From the NCBI GenBank assembly GCA_002104945.1, contig MCFH01000022.1:620001-684000 (forward strand): DNA of 64,000 nt, read 5' to 3'. The position numbers and the translations under genes were made by a program. Under the pieces are notes generated by a model. It was not told the origin of the DNA. It made no database searches and saw only the letters and a list, made by a program, of their open reading frames with translations. This stretch comes from Piromyces finnis finn. Its lineage: Eukaryota; Fungi; Neocallimastigomycota. Shown in pieces: positions 1 through 16,095 of the stretch (positions are counted from its first letter, which is position 1; each line of letters starts with the position of its first letter).

Positions 1-22
1 AATTTAATAATACCTATATTTA

Positions 23-61
<39 letters not shown>

Positions 62-156
62 TATTTGGAATATATTTTTTGTTTTGTATTTACTTTTAGA
101 TATAGAAATTTAATTAATTTTTTTTTTTTTTTGATTTTATTTGTATATTTTTATAG

Positions 157-1328
157 AAAAATGTATCTATATCCATTTCCGATTGTCATATTAAGCATGA
201 TGGAAATAAAAGTTTCGCTCTTTATATTATTGAAGTAAATAGAACCAATCCAAATGGTTGTACATCAGGATGGATTGTAACAAGAAGATATAGTGAATTT
301 GTATTATTACATGAACAATTAAGAAATAAATATTGGAGTATTGTTCATAATTATGAACTTCCTGGAAAAACTATATTCTCATGGATTATACCAAAACCAG
401 ATGTTCAAGTTAGACGTACAGCAATAGAAAAGAGACGAATTGCCTTGGAAAAATATTTAAGAGTAAGTATTTTATATTTGAATATTAAATAGATATTAAA
501 TAGATAAATTAAATCCCTAGATGAGGGTATAATTCATCATTATTATCATCACTATCATCATTTTTAATAAGACTTTAATAAAACTATATTGAAATAAGAA
601 GTTAATTATAAGAATTATTAATATGACTAATAACTCTCATAATATCGATATTTTTACTTTTTTTTTTTTTTTTTTTATAGAATCTTCTTAGTCATGAAGA
701 AATTTGTAAATCTATTGAATTAAGAAAATTCATTTCTCAACAAAATGTTGATATGCCACCATCCTTTAAATATAATAAAATTAATATTGGAGCTTATGAA
801 GATGATTATATTAAAAGAAATAATGCAGTTTGTTTATCGAGTGAAAATTCATCCTCATCCCTTGCAGCTATTCCATTAACAAATGAAAATAATAGTAATG
901 ATCATGAAATAAAAAGATCCAGTTTTTACAAATTTAACAATAAGTCTATGCCTAATGTTTATAAAAGTAGTAAGGATCAATCGAATCAAATTAAGAAAAG
1001 TTCTACAGTATTAACGCCCTATTCAAAACTATTAGAAAAGAATAGTAATAATCAAACTATGGGAAATTTAAATTTTGATGGATTTAAAGGTGGAAAAATT
1101 ATTGATGGTATTTTTGATATTATCATGGAACTTTTTGGAATAAAAAATAAAATTGATTGGTATAATTGGTTACAACATAAAGCCTTTTTATCTTTCTTCC
1201 AACAAGTATTTAGTGGTACTCTTGATAAGTATGTGGTTTTTATTCATTTTGTATACTTTAATCATCCAAAACATATACATATAAAATAAAAAAAATATTA
1301 ATTAATGGTAATCCTAAATAATTATTCT

Positions 1329-1360
<32 letters not shown>

Positions 1361-1883
1361 TCAAAAATCATATAAAATAATTTAACAGGAAAATAAGGCA
1401 AGATATACAATATTTAGTTTCAGAGCCTATGATTGAATTTTATTTAGATCAGCTTAATGATTCATTATGGCCAGATGGTGAATTCTTTATTAATAAAAGA
1501 ACTAGAGAATGGGAAGAAAATCATATACCTTTTGAACGAACCGAAGAACAAAAAAAGAAATCAAAAATTGAATGTTATCAAAAACTTACCACTCAACTTC
1601 CAGGTAAATGAAAAAAATAAAAAATAAAAATAAAAATAAAATAGTATAAATAATGAATTAAAGGATTTAATTTATAAAAAAATTATTAACACCTTTTTTT
1701 TTTTTTTTTTTTAATAAAACAGAATTATTAGGTAGTCTTATAGGTAGAAAAAAAGCCAATTATGGTGCTGAATTCCTATTTGAACTTTTCCAAAATAGAA
1801 GACTTAATCAACATTTAATGTATACTTTATTTGATGAACTTTTTAAAACATTGTTCCCAGAAATTGATAATGAAAATGAATAA
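157..1883 (+). CDS. 3' part of a PX-domain sorting nexin with C-terminal Nexin_C-like region (SNX13/14/25/Mdm1-like); 5' end lies left of the window
   Basis: Exons 157-462, 681-1228, 1389-1603 and 1723-1883 join in frame via GT-AG introns. First exon reads ...YIIEVNRTNPNGCTSGWIVTRRYSEFVLLHEQLRNKY...ELPGK (PX motif RRYSEF..LH..L). Last exons read EFYLDQLNDSLWPDG...LNQHLMYTLFDELFKTLFPEIDNENE*, resembling the Nexin_C end. TAA at 1881-1883. Confidence 0.85.
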
Positions 1884-2649
1884 TTTTAAACTAAACAATA
1901 TTTTGAAATGTATTTAATAAAACGGTATTATTTACATCAAATGAAAGTCAGAAAAAAAAAAAAATTGAAATATAAAACCAAAAAGAAAAACGAAACAAAA
2001 CAAAATAAAACAAAGCAAAACAAAAACAAAAAAAAAATAAAACAAAAGTAAAATAAATAAGAATAAAATAGATTTATTATTTATTTTAGTATAAAGGGTT
2101 TATTTTTTCTATTTTTTTTTTTTTAATAATTAGATGATAATTACTAGAATATGACTAGATAATTTATTATAAAATTTTTTCATTTTAAATAAACATATAT
2201 TTAATATTCAATAGATTATTGTTAAAAAAAAAAAAAGTTACAATAGAAATAAATATACTATAATAAAATAAAATTAATATATAAACCTATAAATCATAAG
2301 CAAAGGCACTATTTTAAAGTTTAATCTATTTTCTTACTCCTACTTCTTTACTAGTCGTAGCAATACTTCATAATTCATAAAATGGTAGCGTTTATGAATC
2401 ATTTTTATTTATTGGTTGGAAATAGAAATTAAAAAATCATTTTAATATTAAATAAAATTCTAATAAAAAATAATTTATTAATTATGAATTAAATAATAAA
2501 ACTTTTTGAAATTAAAAGAAAAATAAAAAGAAACTTTTCTTTATTAGTTTATTTTTTTTTTTTAAAGATAACTTGAAAGTGACATTATTATAATTTACTA
2601 AAGAAAAAGATATAAAAATATTTATATTTAAATATTTAATAAAAACATC

Positions 2650-3154
2650 ATGCAAAATCCAACAAACCATAATACAAAAGTAAATGATAATAAGAATAAA
2701 AAAAATGATGGAGGAAACGGAAAAGGAAAAGGTTCCAATCCTAAAAAGGATAATAAAATAAATAATAAAGAGAATATTTCATCCAATTCAGAAAGAAGAA
2801 ATTCAAAACATACTAATATTCCTAAAAATAAATTTAATAAAGACGACCATAACAATAATACTACTAATAAAAATAACAAATCGAATCATAATTCAAAGGG
2901 AGGGAAATCTGGTAGTGAAGACCATAATAGAAAGGGAAATAACCTTTCAAGAAAAAAATCTAAACAAAATTTTGATTTAAATAAAAAGAACTCTTTTTCA
3001 AATAGTCATGATAAAAAGTCAAATAGAAAAAATAGTGGTGGAAGCAATATATTAAAGGTACCACAACCAACAGAAACATTTGATAAAAGTGTTGAATCTA
3101 TATGTGTTTCTAAACTCCCTTCTTATATAAATGGTCAAATGGTTGATAATGGTA

Positions 3155-3200
<46 letters not shown>

Positions 3201-3871
3201 ATAATATATAAAATATAAAAATGACCATTTTATTTTGCATTTATTTATTCTTCTCACCCCTTTTTTTTATGTATTTTTTTAATTAGGAATAGATAAATTT
3301 GTTAATTTAGCAAAGTTATCATTAGCTGATCATGGAAAAGTTAAATTAATAGGGTATACCGAATTTTATTAAAATTTAAATAACCATTAAATAAAATATG
3401 TAAAATTTTCTTATAGAAACTAAATAAAGATTATTATTAATATTAATATATATATATATAAATAATATAAAATAAAAACATTTATAATATTGTATATATA
3501 ATAAAGGGTTGAACCAGGTAATTAAAAATTTTCTATAGTTTAAAAAAGTATAGATTTCAAAAAAGAAATTAAACCCATTTCTCTAAACATATATATATTT
3601 ATTATATATTGGATATTTTGGTTTAACACAATAATAGCCTTGGCATTAATGACTTCTATAATATTGATATTAGAAGAACAAAAAGTAATTAGAAAACCAG
3701 TAATATTAACTAGAACGATGGAAGATAAAAATAAAAATTTAAAAAGTGGTATTATTACCGAATTATACCCAAGTACTAATAAAGGTATAAAATTTATTTA
3801 TTTAATATAGTAATTATTATTATTCTATAGTTATTTCTCTAAACATAGAAAATAATCATAGCATACAATAA
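2650..3871 (+). CDS. Hypothetical protein: K/N-rich disordered N-terminus plus a small C-terminal domain with an Alba-like pattern (tentative)
   Basis: ORF 2650-3151, then exons 3287-3353, 3507-3517 (11 nt) and 3638-3784, and a possible last exon 3831-3871, join in frame. They give SICVSKLPSYINGQMVDNGIDKFVNLAKLSLADHGKVKLIGVEPALALMTSIILILEEQKVIRKPVILTRTMEDKNKNLKSGIITELYP. The last exon and the fold are uncertain. Confidence 0.5.
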
Positions 3872-5000
3872 CAAACACAATCAATATATATATATATACC
3901 ATTTTCTTTTTGTAAAATTAAAAATCTAACAATTATTATCATATTTATAATCATTTTAATTTTAATTTTATTTTTCCTTTTTAAAATAATAATAAATATT
4001 ATTCAATAGTAATATCAAAATTATCAAAGTAATCAAATACATTTAATTAAGCTTAAATATTTAGTAATTTAATGATTAAATATAACCAAGAAATCAATAA
4101 AACCAATTTATTTATTACCCTTTTTAAATAAATAGTCAATATCATCTTTCAACTTTAATTTAAAATTGAATAAGGAAAGCTCTCCAAAGATTTACTATAT
4201 AAAAGCAAAAACAATTAAATTCAATAGTCATAACTTTTGAAATCCCGATTAAATATTATAAATGTTCTTACTATTTAGGTTTTTTTAAGCTTTTTTTTTA
4301 TTATTATTATTATTATTTTTTTTTTATACATTTTTTCATTATACCAATAAAGTATATACCAATATTCAATTAAAGATATTCTGTTTTTTTAGATAATTTT
4401 TTTATACATATTGTATATTGCATATATAATAGAAAACCTTATCCATAAAAATTATGAATAAAATGAATTAACTAATAGAAAAAAAAAGTTTATTTAAATC
4501 AATATCTATTTTATTGTATTAAATCTTATATTATTATTATAAAGTGATAATTAATAGTGTCGAAAATAAAAGATTTATATATTAATTCAGTAATTTTCAT
4601 TTTATACAAGATATATATTTGGATTAAAAAAAAAAAAAAAAAAAAAGAAATTGTTAATACCATATTTAATATTCTTCATTATTAGGGGAGGAGTAGTAAT
4701 AATGATAATATGGTGATATTTTTAACAGTTTATATACTTTTTCATTTTAAACGTTTATTCAATTTAATTTTAATTTAAATATGAAAACATAATATTATAT
4801 AAAAAAAAAAAAACATTCATTTATTTTTATATTAATCTATTATAATGTTCATTTCTAATATTCTTATTTATTATGATAAATATTTTGATATGCTATCATT
4901 TTAAACTTTTTTTTTCTCTTTCTTTTCGCAGTTGTCGTTAATGAATGTTAAGCTCTTTTTAAAAAATAATTATTTTTTTTAAACCAGATTTAATTAAATT

Positions 5001-5008
5001 TCACGTGA
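5001..5008. promoter_or_regulatory. Palindromic E-box TCACGTGA (candidate bHLH site)
   Basis: TCACGTGA sits in otherwise very AT-rich DNA ~600 bp upstream of the ceramide synthase ATG. Motif match only. Confidence 0.25.
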
Positions 5009-5510
5009 TCTAATTTTATTAATTAAAAAAAAAAGAGATTAAATTACATTTAATAATTAAATTTTGTATTCTCCATATTTTCTTTTGAAAATTCTTTTTT
5101 TTCTTTTTAATTATAATAAATAAAAAGTAAAAAAAAAAAAAAAAAAGCAATCTCTTATATAAAACAAACCTTCTTTATATATAAACAAAATAAATATACA
5201 AAACTCTATAAAGAAAAGAAACAAAAACAAAACAAAACCTGCAGAAATTTGATTAAAAAAAAGAAAATATTTGTGTAATAAATTCAAAATATTTTAAAAA
5301 AGGTAAAAAAAATATTAAGGTTATAAATATCATACTTTTAAAGTTTGTATAGCGTAGTAAAGGTGTATATAGTTTATTAAAGTAGTTTTTAATGTATATC
5401 CTTTACTTTTATATATTTATAAAACAAAAATATTTCAAAATGGTAAAATAATTAAATTCGTTTTCCATAATAATTTTATTAACATTTCTATAATTTATTA
5501 CTATTATTTT

Positions 5511-5545
<35 letters not shown>

Positions 5546-5609
5546 CTACATTTATTATAAAAACAAAAACAAAACTCAAAAACAGTAAAGAAATTAATAA
5601 ATATTTACT

Positions 5610-7428
<1,819 letters not shown>

Positions 7429-8404
7429 AAAAAAAAAAAGAGAGGAAATGAATAGGTCCTTTTCATATCATTTTATCATTTATCCTATTTTAATAATAAA
7501 ACATATATCTATATATAAATAATATATATGAAAAAAACTATAAAATTTATTGATATTAAATTTACCCAATGAATATTAATATTATCCTCTATATTTACCT
7601 TTTAAAAACAACATTAAATTATTGTATACCTAATATATTATATAAAAGCAATTGAATATCAAAAATAAAAAAAAATCAAAAACAAAATCAAAAAATTAAA
7701 TGTAAAATAAAATGTTTTAATTTTAGAAATGAGAAATAAGAAATTAATAAAATAAATATAAAATAAAGCTATTATTTATATATTAAAAAAAAAAAAAAAG
7801 TATATGTATTCTTATTAAGCTTTTTGTTTTTAAAATATATGAATCTATAGGGTTGGTTGAAAACTATTCTTTTTTTTTAATACCTTTAAATACAATGATA
7901 AAAGGCAAAGACTAGGAAGAAAAAACTTTAAAATATTTATAATATATATAAATATATGATTTATATATGATTTATATATGATTTTTATTTGTTTTTATTT
8001 TTTTGTTTACTTTTTTTTTTTTTTTTTTATCAAATTATAAATAAAGAAAAAAAAAAAAAAAAAAAAGAAAAAAAAAAGAAAAATAAAAGGAATAAATAAA
8101 AATAAAATTACTATATATATAAAGAATATATATATATATTTTAGAAAGAAAAAAAAAAAGTGGAAAAAGATATAATGAATAGAGAAGAATTTTTCATTTT
8201 CTTAATTATAAATATTTATTTTATACTGTAGATTGTATTATAAATTATTAATGTTATATATATATTTATTTATTTATCCATCTATTTATGATTTTCCAGT
8301 ATTGGTTGGTAGTATTTCCAGTCTTTTTTTCTCATATAGCTTTCACATATTGTAGAATATTAATATATTATATATATGTTTTTTTTTTTTTCAACCATCG
8401 ATAA

Positions 8405-11400
8405 TTATGATTTTTCTGTCTTGATGGTGGCATCTTCAGTCTTTTCATTTATATTTAGTTTATTTTCATCATTTACTTTATTTTCACTAGACTCTGAGGT
8501 ATTACTTGTATTATTGTTGGTTGGAGTAGTATTGTCAGTATTGTTATTATTATTGTTGTTGCTATTATTGTTGTTATTATTATTGTTATTATTGTTGTTA
8601 TTATCATTATGTTTATGTTTATTATATTTTCTTGGTTCAGAATGATCTTTAAAGGAAACTGTTTTACGTATACCAAGACTTTTATCTCTAATAGCCTTTC
8701 TAACCAATAAAGCCTTTTGTTGATGTCGTTGAGTTACAATCTTTTTATTTATTGGTTTTATACTATCTACAAATCCAGGAATTTGTATATTATGTTTCAT
8801 ACCTAATCCTAATACCAGATCTTTAGTTTCAAGTAAATTTGATTTTCTATGCTTTGCTAATTTACATGATAATTCAGTAACATCTTTGACAAATTGTTGA
8901 GTGATTTCCATAATTAACTGAATTGTAAAAAGAATTTAATAATAATAATAAAAGTAAATAATAAAAAAAAAATTATTAATAATTCGTATTTTTAATAGTT
9001 TGAAAACGAAAAAAAAAAAAAAAAATTTTTTTCTTTTTTATTATGAAATAACAACAATAACAAAATAATAATAAATCATTTAAAACTATATATATATTTT
9101 TTTTGTAAAAAAAAAAGAAAATTATAGAATTTATTAAAAATTATATTAAAATACCTCTTCAACATCATTATCTAATCTTTCATTTGGATCGATTCTTGAA
9201 ACTAATTCTTGTAATCTTCGTTTAGTTAACAATACTGTATCATCAATTCCATTATCAAATTCTGGTGGTATATGAGATGGTGTATTAGGGACTAATAAAT
9301 GTGGATCAACAACAGGTCTAAGAGGTGGTAATAATGGATTGGCTGGATTGATTAATCCAGGTCGTTGTTGTAAAAAGGTTGCAGGAGTTGTAATTTGTGG
9401 AGAAACTATACTTGAAGGATTGGCCATAGGAAGAGGTTTTCTTTTATGCTGTGATTAATCATTATAAAAATATATATATTGAATTTAATTAAATAGTAAA
9501 AAGAAATGTAAATAACAAATATTTATTTAAGAGTCTATCAACATTATACAATAAAATAAAATTTATATATATATATATAATGAAAATATTTATTATTTAC
9601 TTGAGTGATTGGAAGAAGCTTTTGTTGGAATACAGGAGATGCAATATTACCGGCAGTAACTGTATTAGAAGCAGCTAAAACGGCATCCACAGGATTTGTT
9701 GGTGGTTTAACTGCATTAGCGACAGCAGCTGCAGCTAATAAGTTTTGAGCAGCTAATGGTGTTGAAACTCCAGCTGCTGCTATAGGAGTTGCTGGATTAG
9801 CTATTGCTGCGGGTGCTGATGTTGTTGAAGAGGTTGTTGTAGTTGTTGTTAATGTAGTAGTAAGAGTTGATGATTGAGCTGGTGTACTAGTTGTAGCTGT
9901 AGTTGATGCTATTGAAGTGGCAGTCGAAGAGGTATTAGTATTGCTTTCTGGAGAGTTGGCAAGACTTGAGTGGGAATTTTGTTTAGTTAATGTTGGTTCT
10001 TTATTTATTGGGGAATTAGAGGAGGTAGAAGATAGATTTGAGTTGGAAGGATAATTCATGATTGGCCTTATCATAGGTGAATTTTGTGCTGCCGCTGCTT
10101 GTGCCATTTGTTGTAAATATAATGCTGCTATATTATTACGTTGTTGATTAAGGAGCATTAATTGTTGTGGATTATTCATAACATCGGGTGAAAATGGAAA
10201 TGGTTGTTGCATTAATAATTGATTTGGTTGTCCCACGAGTGGAAAACCTGGATTTAAAGGCCAAGGAGAGGTGGAAGGGGTCATTGCTAAAAAGGAATTT
10301 CAATTGTAAATATTTTTATTTAATTTTCATTGATTATTTTCGTTAATATCATCATATGAATGTATATACATGTATTATGATTTATATACATAAAAAATAG
10401 ATAAAAAAATATTGAAATATTGATTTTTTATGGATTAATAATGATTCATTAATTTTTTATTCATAAATTATTAGTCAATAACAAATTAAAAGCAAATGGT
10501 CAAATCAATAGTTGTGTAGAAGTATATATCATAATCCACATTTGTAATCAAATTAATTAACAGTTAATTTTAGAATTGTCATTTAAATTAAATAAATTTG
10601 AAAATATGGTTTTTGTTTATATTAAAATGGATTATAAATGATTTATTTATTTATTAAAAAACATAATCGGGTGGATATTATAAATAGATTAATTTACAAA
10701 TATTTAAAATTAGCTAAATATATATAGTTTTATTTTTTTTTCTGTTACTTACGTCTCTGTCTACTTAATGATGGTCTTGGTGGTACTCGACTAGCACCTC
10801 TAATAGGATATTGTTGAGATGGTAATGTAAATGGTTGATTAGCTTTTTTTTTTTTGGGTAATTAATTTTCAGGTTGAATCATGGATAGTGTAAATATTCA
10901 AATGATTATATAAAACAAATGTATATATCATATAATATATATAATATTATTAGTCATTGTTAATTTATTTAAAACATTTGAAATTTTTAAAGATCTATAA
11001 ATGAATTTTAAATTTAACATTTTCAAAAATCATCTCTATATAATTTAAAAGTTTTTTTTTTCTGCCAATTAAAATAAAACAGTTGTATATATTGAGTTTC
11101 AAAGAATAAGAAGAATAAACAAGTAGTTATAAAACATTACATTATTCATCTCAAAAGTAGATGAACAAAATCCATTTCAAATTTCTTTTTGATTTTATTT
11201 TTCATTATTTTTGGAAATGTTATTAATGAGATTAAAAAAAAAAAAAAGTAAATAAAATTATACTATTTTTTTTTTTTTTTTTTTCATTGTTGAAATTATA
11301 TATATTATTGAAATCTATAATGAATTATAATCCATTTTCATTTTTTGGTATTCATTCATTTTGAAATAGTGTAATCAATATTATTATTTTATGCATTTAT

Positions 11401-11688
11401 TATTAATTTTAAATCATTCTTTTAACAATTCTTTTATCAATTTATTATTATTATTATTATTTTTTTTTTTTTTGAGATTTCATTTACTGTTATATTAACT
11501 ATCCTCAATAAATCAACAAAATGAATACAAATATTTATTCTGTTCTATTTAATTATTAATGGAATTTAACAAGTACTTTGACCCAAACGTGAAAATATAT
11601 CAGTAACTTGGTTATACGGAGGCATTGATTGTGGTAAAGGAATGGGAGGTATTGGTCTGGGGTGATTTGAATTATTTTGATCCGACAT
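8405..11688 (-). CDS. TAF12: TFIID/SAGA subunit TAF12 (histone fold) with a long Q/P/T/A-rich N-terminal extension
   Basis: Exons 11688-11577, 10842-10753, 10286-9601, 9448-9155 and 8917-8405 join in frame. The histone fold reads LLTKRRLQELVSRIDPNERLDNDVEE|LIMEITQQFVKDVTELSCKLAKHRKSNLLETKDLVLGL...IQIPGF, the recognisable TAF12 signature. Confidence 0.9.
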
Positions 11689-12269
11689 TTTCAAAGAATC
11701 TATGGTATATTTCTATATTAATAAAATTGAAAAAGTGATATTATATTCAAAAAAAAAAGATATTTTTTTATACTTTTTATAACTATTTCATCAATCCAAT
11801 TCTATTTTGTTAATATCACTTCAAAAAAATGAAACTATAAATTTATATATATACAATTAAAAAAATTTTTTTTTTTTAATATTTAATATTAATTAAATTT
11901 CATAATTCATTTTTTATAATTATTTATGTATATTACACAAGAAAAAAAAAAAATTTTTTTTTTCTGGTATAATTTTTATTTATTAATTAATTCTTGTTAT
12001 TATATATTTTGTAAAATAACCATCTGTTCATAGTACTTTTATTAATCATTATGTATAGTACTAATATATTTCTTTTTTTTTTCTTTATTTATACATAATT
12101 CTACATACTAAACTAAATGATTTATAGAGTTATTTGATAAATAATGTACTAATAATTTTAGTATATAATAATTTAAACTATTCATTTGTTTATTTGTATT
12201 ATTTCTATTTTTTTTTTTTTTGGGACATTTTGCAAAAAAGTAAGCAATTATTAAAACACTAATTAATAC

Positions 12270-12770
12270 TGCTATGACACCTAATTTTATAAGTAGTAAT
12301 TCTAATTTATTACTATTAAAAGATTCATTATGAATTTCAAAATATTCTTTATTTCAATTATTAAATGAACAATTTGAATTTTTTATACAAGATGCACCAA
12401 GTATTCTACCACAATTAGTATAACTTTAAACAGATAAATTAAAAAACATTTGACTTTTTCTATATAAAATATTACAATGTTCAAGATTCACTTTATCATT
12501 GTAATATACAAGTATAATTAATAATCTATTCGAATAATAGTAATTATCAGTTAATTTAGTAAAAAAAACATGAATAGTTTTACTATTACTATTAGATTTT
12601 ATATAAATAACTTTTGTAATTTTATAAAGAATCAGAATATAACTATGAGTGTAACCATTTTTATCGAGTAAAAGGTTTGATTTCAAATATGGTATAATTC
12701 CAACGGATTCATCATTCTTATCGTATAATACAATCTATCCATCACTATATTTATACTCTTTAATTTTAAA
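12270..12770 (-). pseudogene. Possible decayed coding fragment of unknown family
   Basis: The minus strand reads KEYKYSDG*IVLYDKNDESVGIIPYLKSNLLLDKNGYTHSY... and YTNCGRILGASCIKNSNCSFNN*NKEYFEIHNESF...LLLIKLGVIAVLISV*. It is protein-like but has in-frame stops. Confidence 0.25.
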
Positions 12771-12953
12771 TTTTAGTACGAATAAAATGCTTTATCATAC
12801 AAAATAAGAACTATTGATATATATCAAATCAATAAGGAATGATCATAATTATTACTTATTGATTTGATTAAAGATTAGCATATTAAAGTTAATATAAAAT
12901 GAACTAATATAAAAAAGTACTCATCCTATTTTTTTTTTTTCTTTCTTTCTATC

Positions 12954-12984
<31 letters not shown>

Positions 12985-13339
12985 CCTAAAGTTAAATTAT
13001 TTTTTTTATTTTTATTAAAATAATTATAATTTCATATTCAAAGATAAAGATTAAACCGTATATTTAAAGTCTGTAGAATATATATCTAATGAATATTTAT
13101 TTATAAAATATTATACATATATAATTATGGTTAAAATGAGTCCTTTAACATGCATTTTTATTTATTGTTTATAGAGTTATAAAAAAAAAAAAAATATTCA
13201 AATTCAGTTAATAAAATTTATAATAATAGGATATAAAAAAAAAAAGTTATATTATTTGTATATAAAGTGTTTATTAGAAAAAATACTCTATTCTTTTTCC
13301 TTTCATTACAAAAAAATACGATTTAAAATAAATTTATAA

Positions 13340-13800
13340 TAATAGTTTGAACGAGTTGGATTTGACAATTATCATAAAGTTTGGAGATGTAACCTATACA
13401 ATTTTAATGGAGGTGGTGTAACTTTGGTAATATATGAAAAATACTATGAATTTTATTTTTCTATTAAATCATCAAAACACCATTTAACTTTAAATATTTA
13501 TCAATTATTATTAATATTAATGCTACTTTTACTACTACTATTAATTATTATTGTTTTTATTTATTTATTTATTATTATTGTTATTGTCATTTATTATGAT
13601 TATAAACCATTAAAAAAAAAATTCTTATTATACATTATAATTGTATACAGTGGTAGTATATCAAATTATCACATTTACCAATATATATAAATTTAAAGGA
13701 CAAATAGAATAAATAAAAAAAAAAAAAGGATTTTGTACTTTAGGGATGGTATTGAAGTAAGTGAAGGAAGTAATAATATTGTTTTAATTCAATTTCAAAT
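13340..13800 (+). pseudogene. Possible decayed fragments of a beta-helix/pectin-lyase-like protein
   Basis: Two GC-richer islands translate as ERVGFDNYHKVWRCNLYNFNGGGVTL (~13340-13425) and, after an AG, DGIEVSEGSNNIVLIQF (~13745-13795). No intact gene can be built. Confidence 0.2.
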
Positions 13801-16095
13801 AAATAAAATTTCCTATTTTTATTTGTATCCTCATATTATGGTAAACAAATTAAACACTTTTTAAATTTTTTTTATAGTATGATATATAAGGTATATAGGA
13901 TAGTAGAGTAAATTACTTTATTTCATTATTATTATCATTATCCTTTTCAATATAATATATTGTAATTTATATTTTATATACAATTTAACTTTATACTCTC
14001 TTTTATATTCCTTTTTATATTAGAAAGATTTTATAAAAAAGCTTATGGTTTTGTTTTTTCTTTTCTCCATTTTTAAATGGGATATAGATAGATACAATTT
14101 AGAAAGGTATTTTTTTTTCTTTTCTCATATGAATTTAATAATAAATATAGTTCGCATTTAATTACCTCCATTATTGGATAAATTTTTAAGAAATAATGAT
14201 AAAATATGTAGATTATAATAGAATCCTTTTTTTTTTTTTTTCTTTAATAAAGTTTAATAATAAATTATTAATACTATATTCTTATGTAATAAAGATTGTT
14301 ATTATTGTTTTTTATTTCAATAATAAATATAGTTAGAATTAAATTACCTTTATTGAATAAAGTTTTTTTTATTGTGTTCGATTTTTGTGTACTAAAGAAT
14401 TAAGGGAAAAAATATATATTATGTTGGAGGTTTTCTTTTTCTTCTTTCCCTCAATTGGATAAAGTTTTTTTTCCCTATTGTATTATATATAAATATTTTA
14501 AGTATAAATAATATATTGTATTAAATATTTATATATATACATAGTCTAGTTTTATGCCAAGATAAATTATTTTTTTATTTTTTTTCATATATATATATTA
14601 TTTTTATAATAATATCAATAGAGATTCTGGTATTATTTATTTTAATTAGAAAGTGCTTATGTTCTTGGATATATTCTTATAGGACTTATTCATGGATATC
14701 ATATTACCATTGATAATTCCGTTGATAATATTTAAAAGTTCAATATGGCTATTTATAGGAATATTTATCACTACCTAAAAATAAAATTAATATATATTCA
14801 TAAAGTATAGATGCCATTATACAATTTTAGTATATAATTCATATGATTATACCATTTATTTATATTATCTTTTAATATTGATAAATATGAAATGTAATGC
14901 TTATATTAATAGCACTTTATTGTGAAAAGTACCTAGCTTTACTGAATCAAAAGAAAAAATATCATTGATATTAAAATATATTAAAATAAAATACATTATA
15001 TTTATATAAATTATTTAAATTAAATTTTGAATAGAAATACTTTTTTTTTTTTTTTTTTATATTTTATACTAATGACACATTCGACATTATTAAAAAAATA
15101 AATTAGGATGATATATTTTAATCTGTTTTAAAGTAACTTCTCGACCTATGGCATGGCATACTTTAAAAAAAGAAATAAAAAAAATTTAGTATTAAAGAAA
15201 GCATAAAGTAGTACTATATGTTTGTTGATTGTTATATTATATATATATCACAATTATACAATAATACTCTATTTTTAAAAAGTTGTAATAAAAGAAAATG
15301 TTTTTTTTTTTTATTATTCATATTATTTACCTTTTTTTTTTATTGTAGCTTTTTTTTTCCCCTTGAATAAATAAAAAGGATAAATAAATACTGAAATAAG
15401 GTAAAAACATGATTAAATAAATATAAAATAATCGAAATAATCGTGGATAAAAGTTCGCTATAAAGCTTTTAACATTTGGTGACACTCTTTATTTAATGTT
15501 AAAAAAAGAATAAAATTTGAAATGAATGAGGGATTATGTTTTAATATCACATTTAACAATATGTAAAAAAGAATAAGGGATATTTTATTATTTTTAACTA
15601 TTTATAACAATAAATAAATAAATAAATAAATAAAAAATAAAATAAAATTATATTCATAATCATAAAAGTACTATATCCTTTTTAAGTAATTTATATAAAA
15701 AATTTTTTTTTTGTTTGTAATATATATTTAAATAATTAAATAATGGTTTTTTTTTTTTTTTTTAATATTCTATAATCAATTTTATTGTCATCACTTTTAT
15801 ATATTAAAAAAAAAAAAATAACAGTAATATACATCATTTAAATCCTGTATTTATATAAACTTTTGTGACTTTACTATAAAACAAAGTTTTACCTATAAAA
15901 AATTATTATTAATATTGTCATTTTCTATAGCGTATTGACAACTATTTCTAATAATAATTATAGAATATGGATAGAAATATTGAAATAATAGCCATAAAAA
16001 AAAAATCCCTCTATAGTAATCAAATTTTTATATATCAAATTCTTATAAATTTTTATATATACTATTATATATTAACTTTATTATTTATCATTTAA

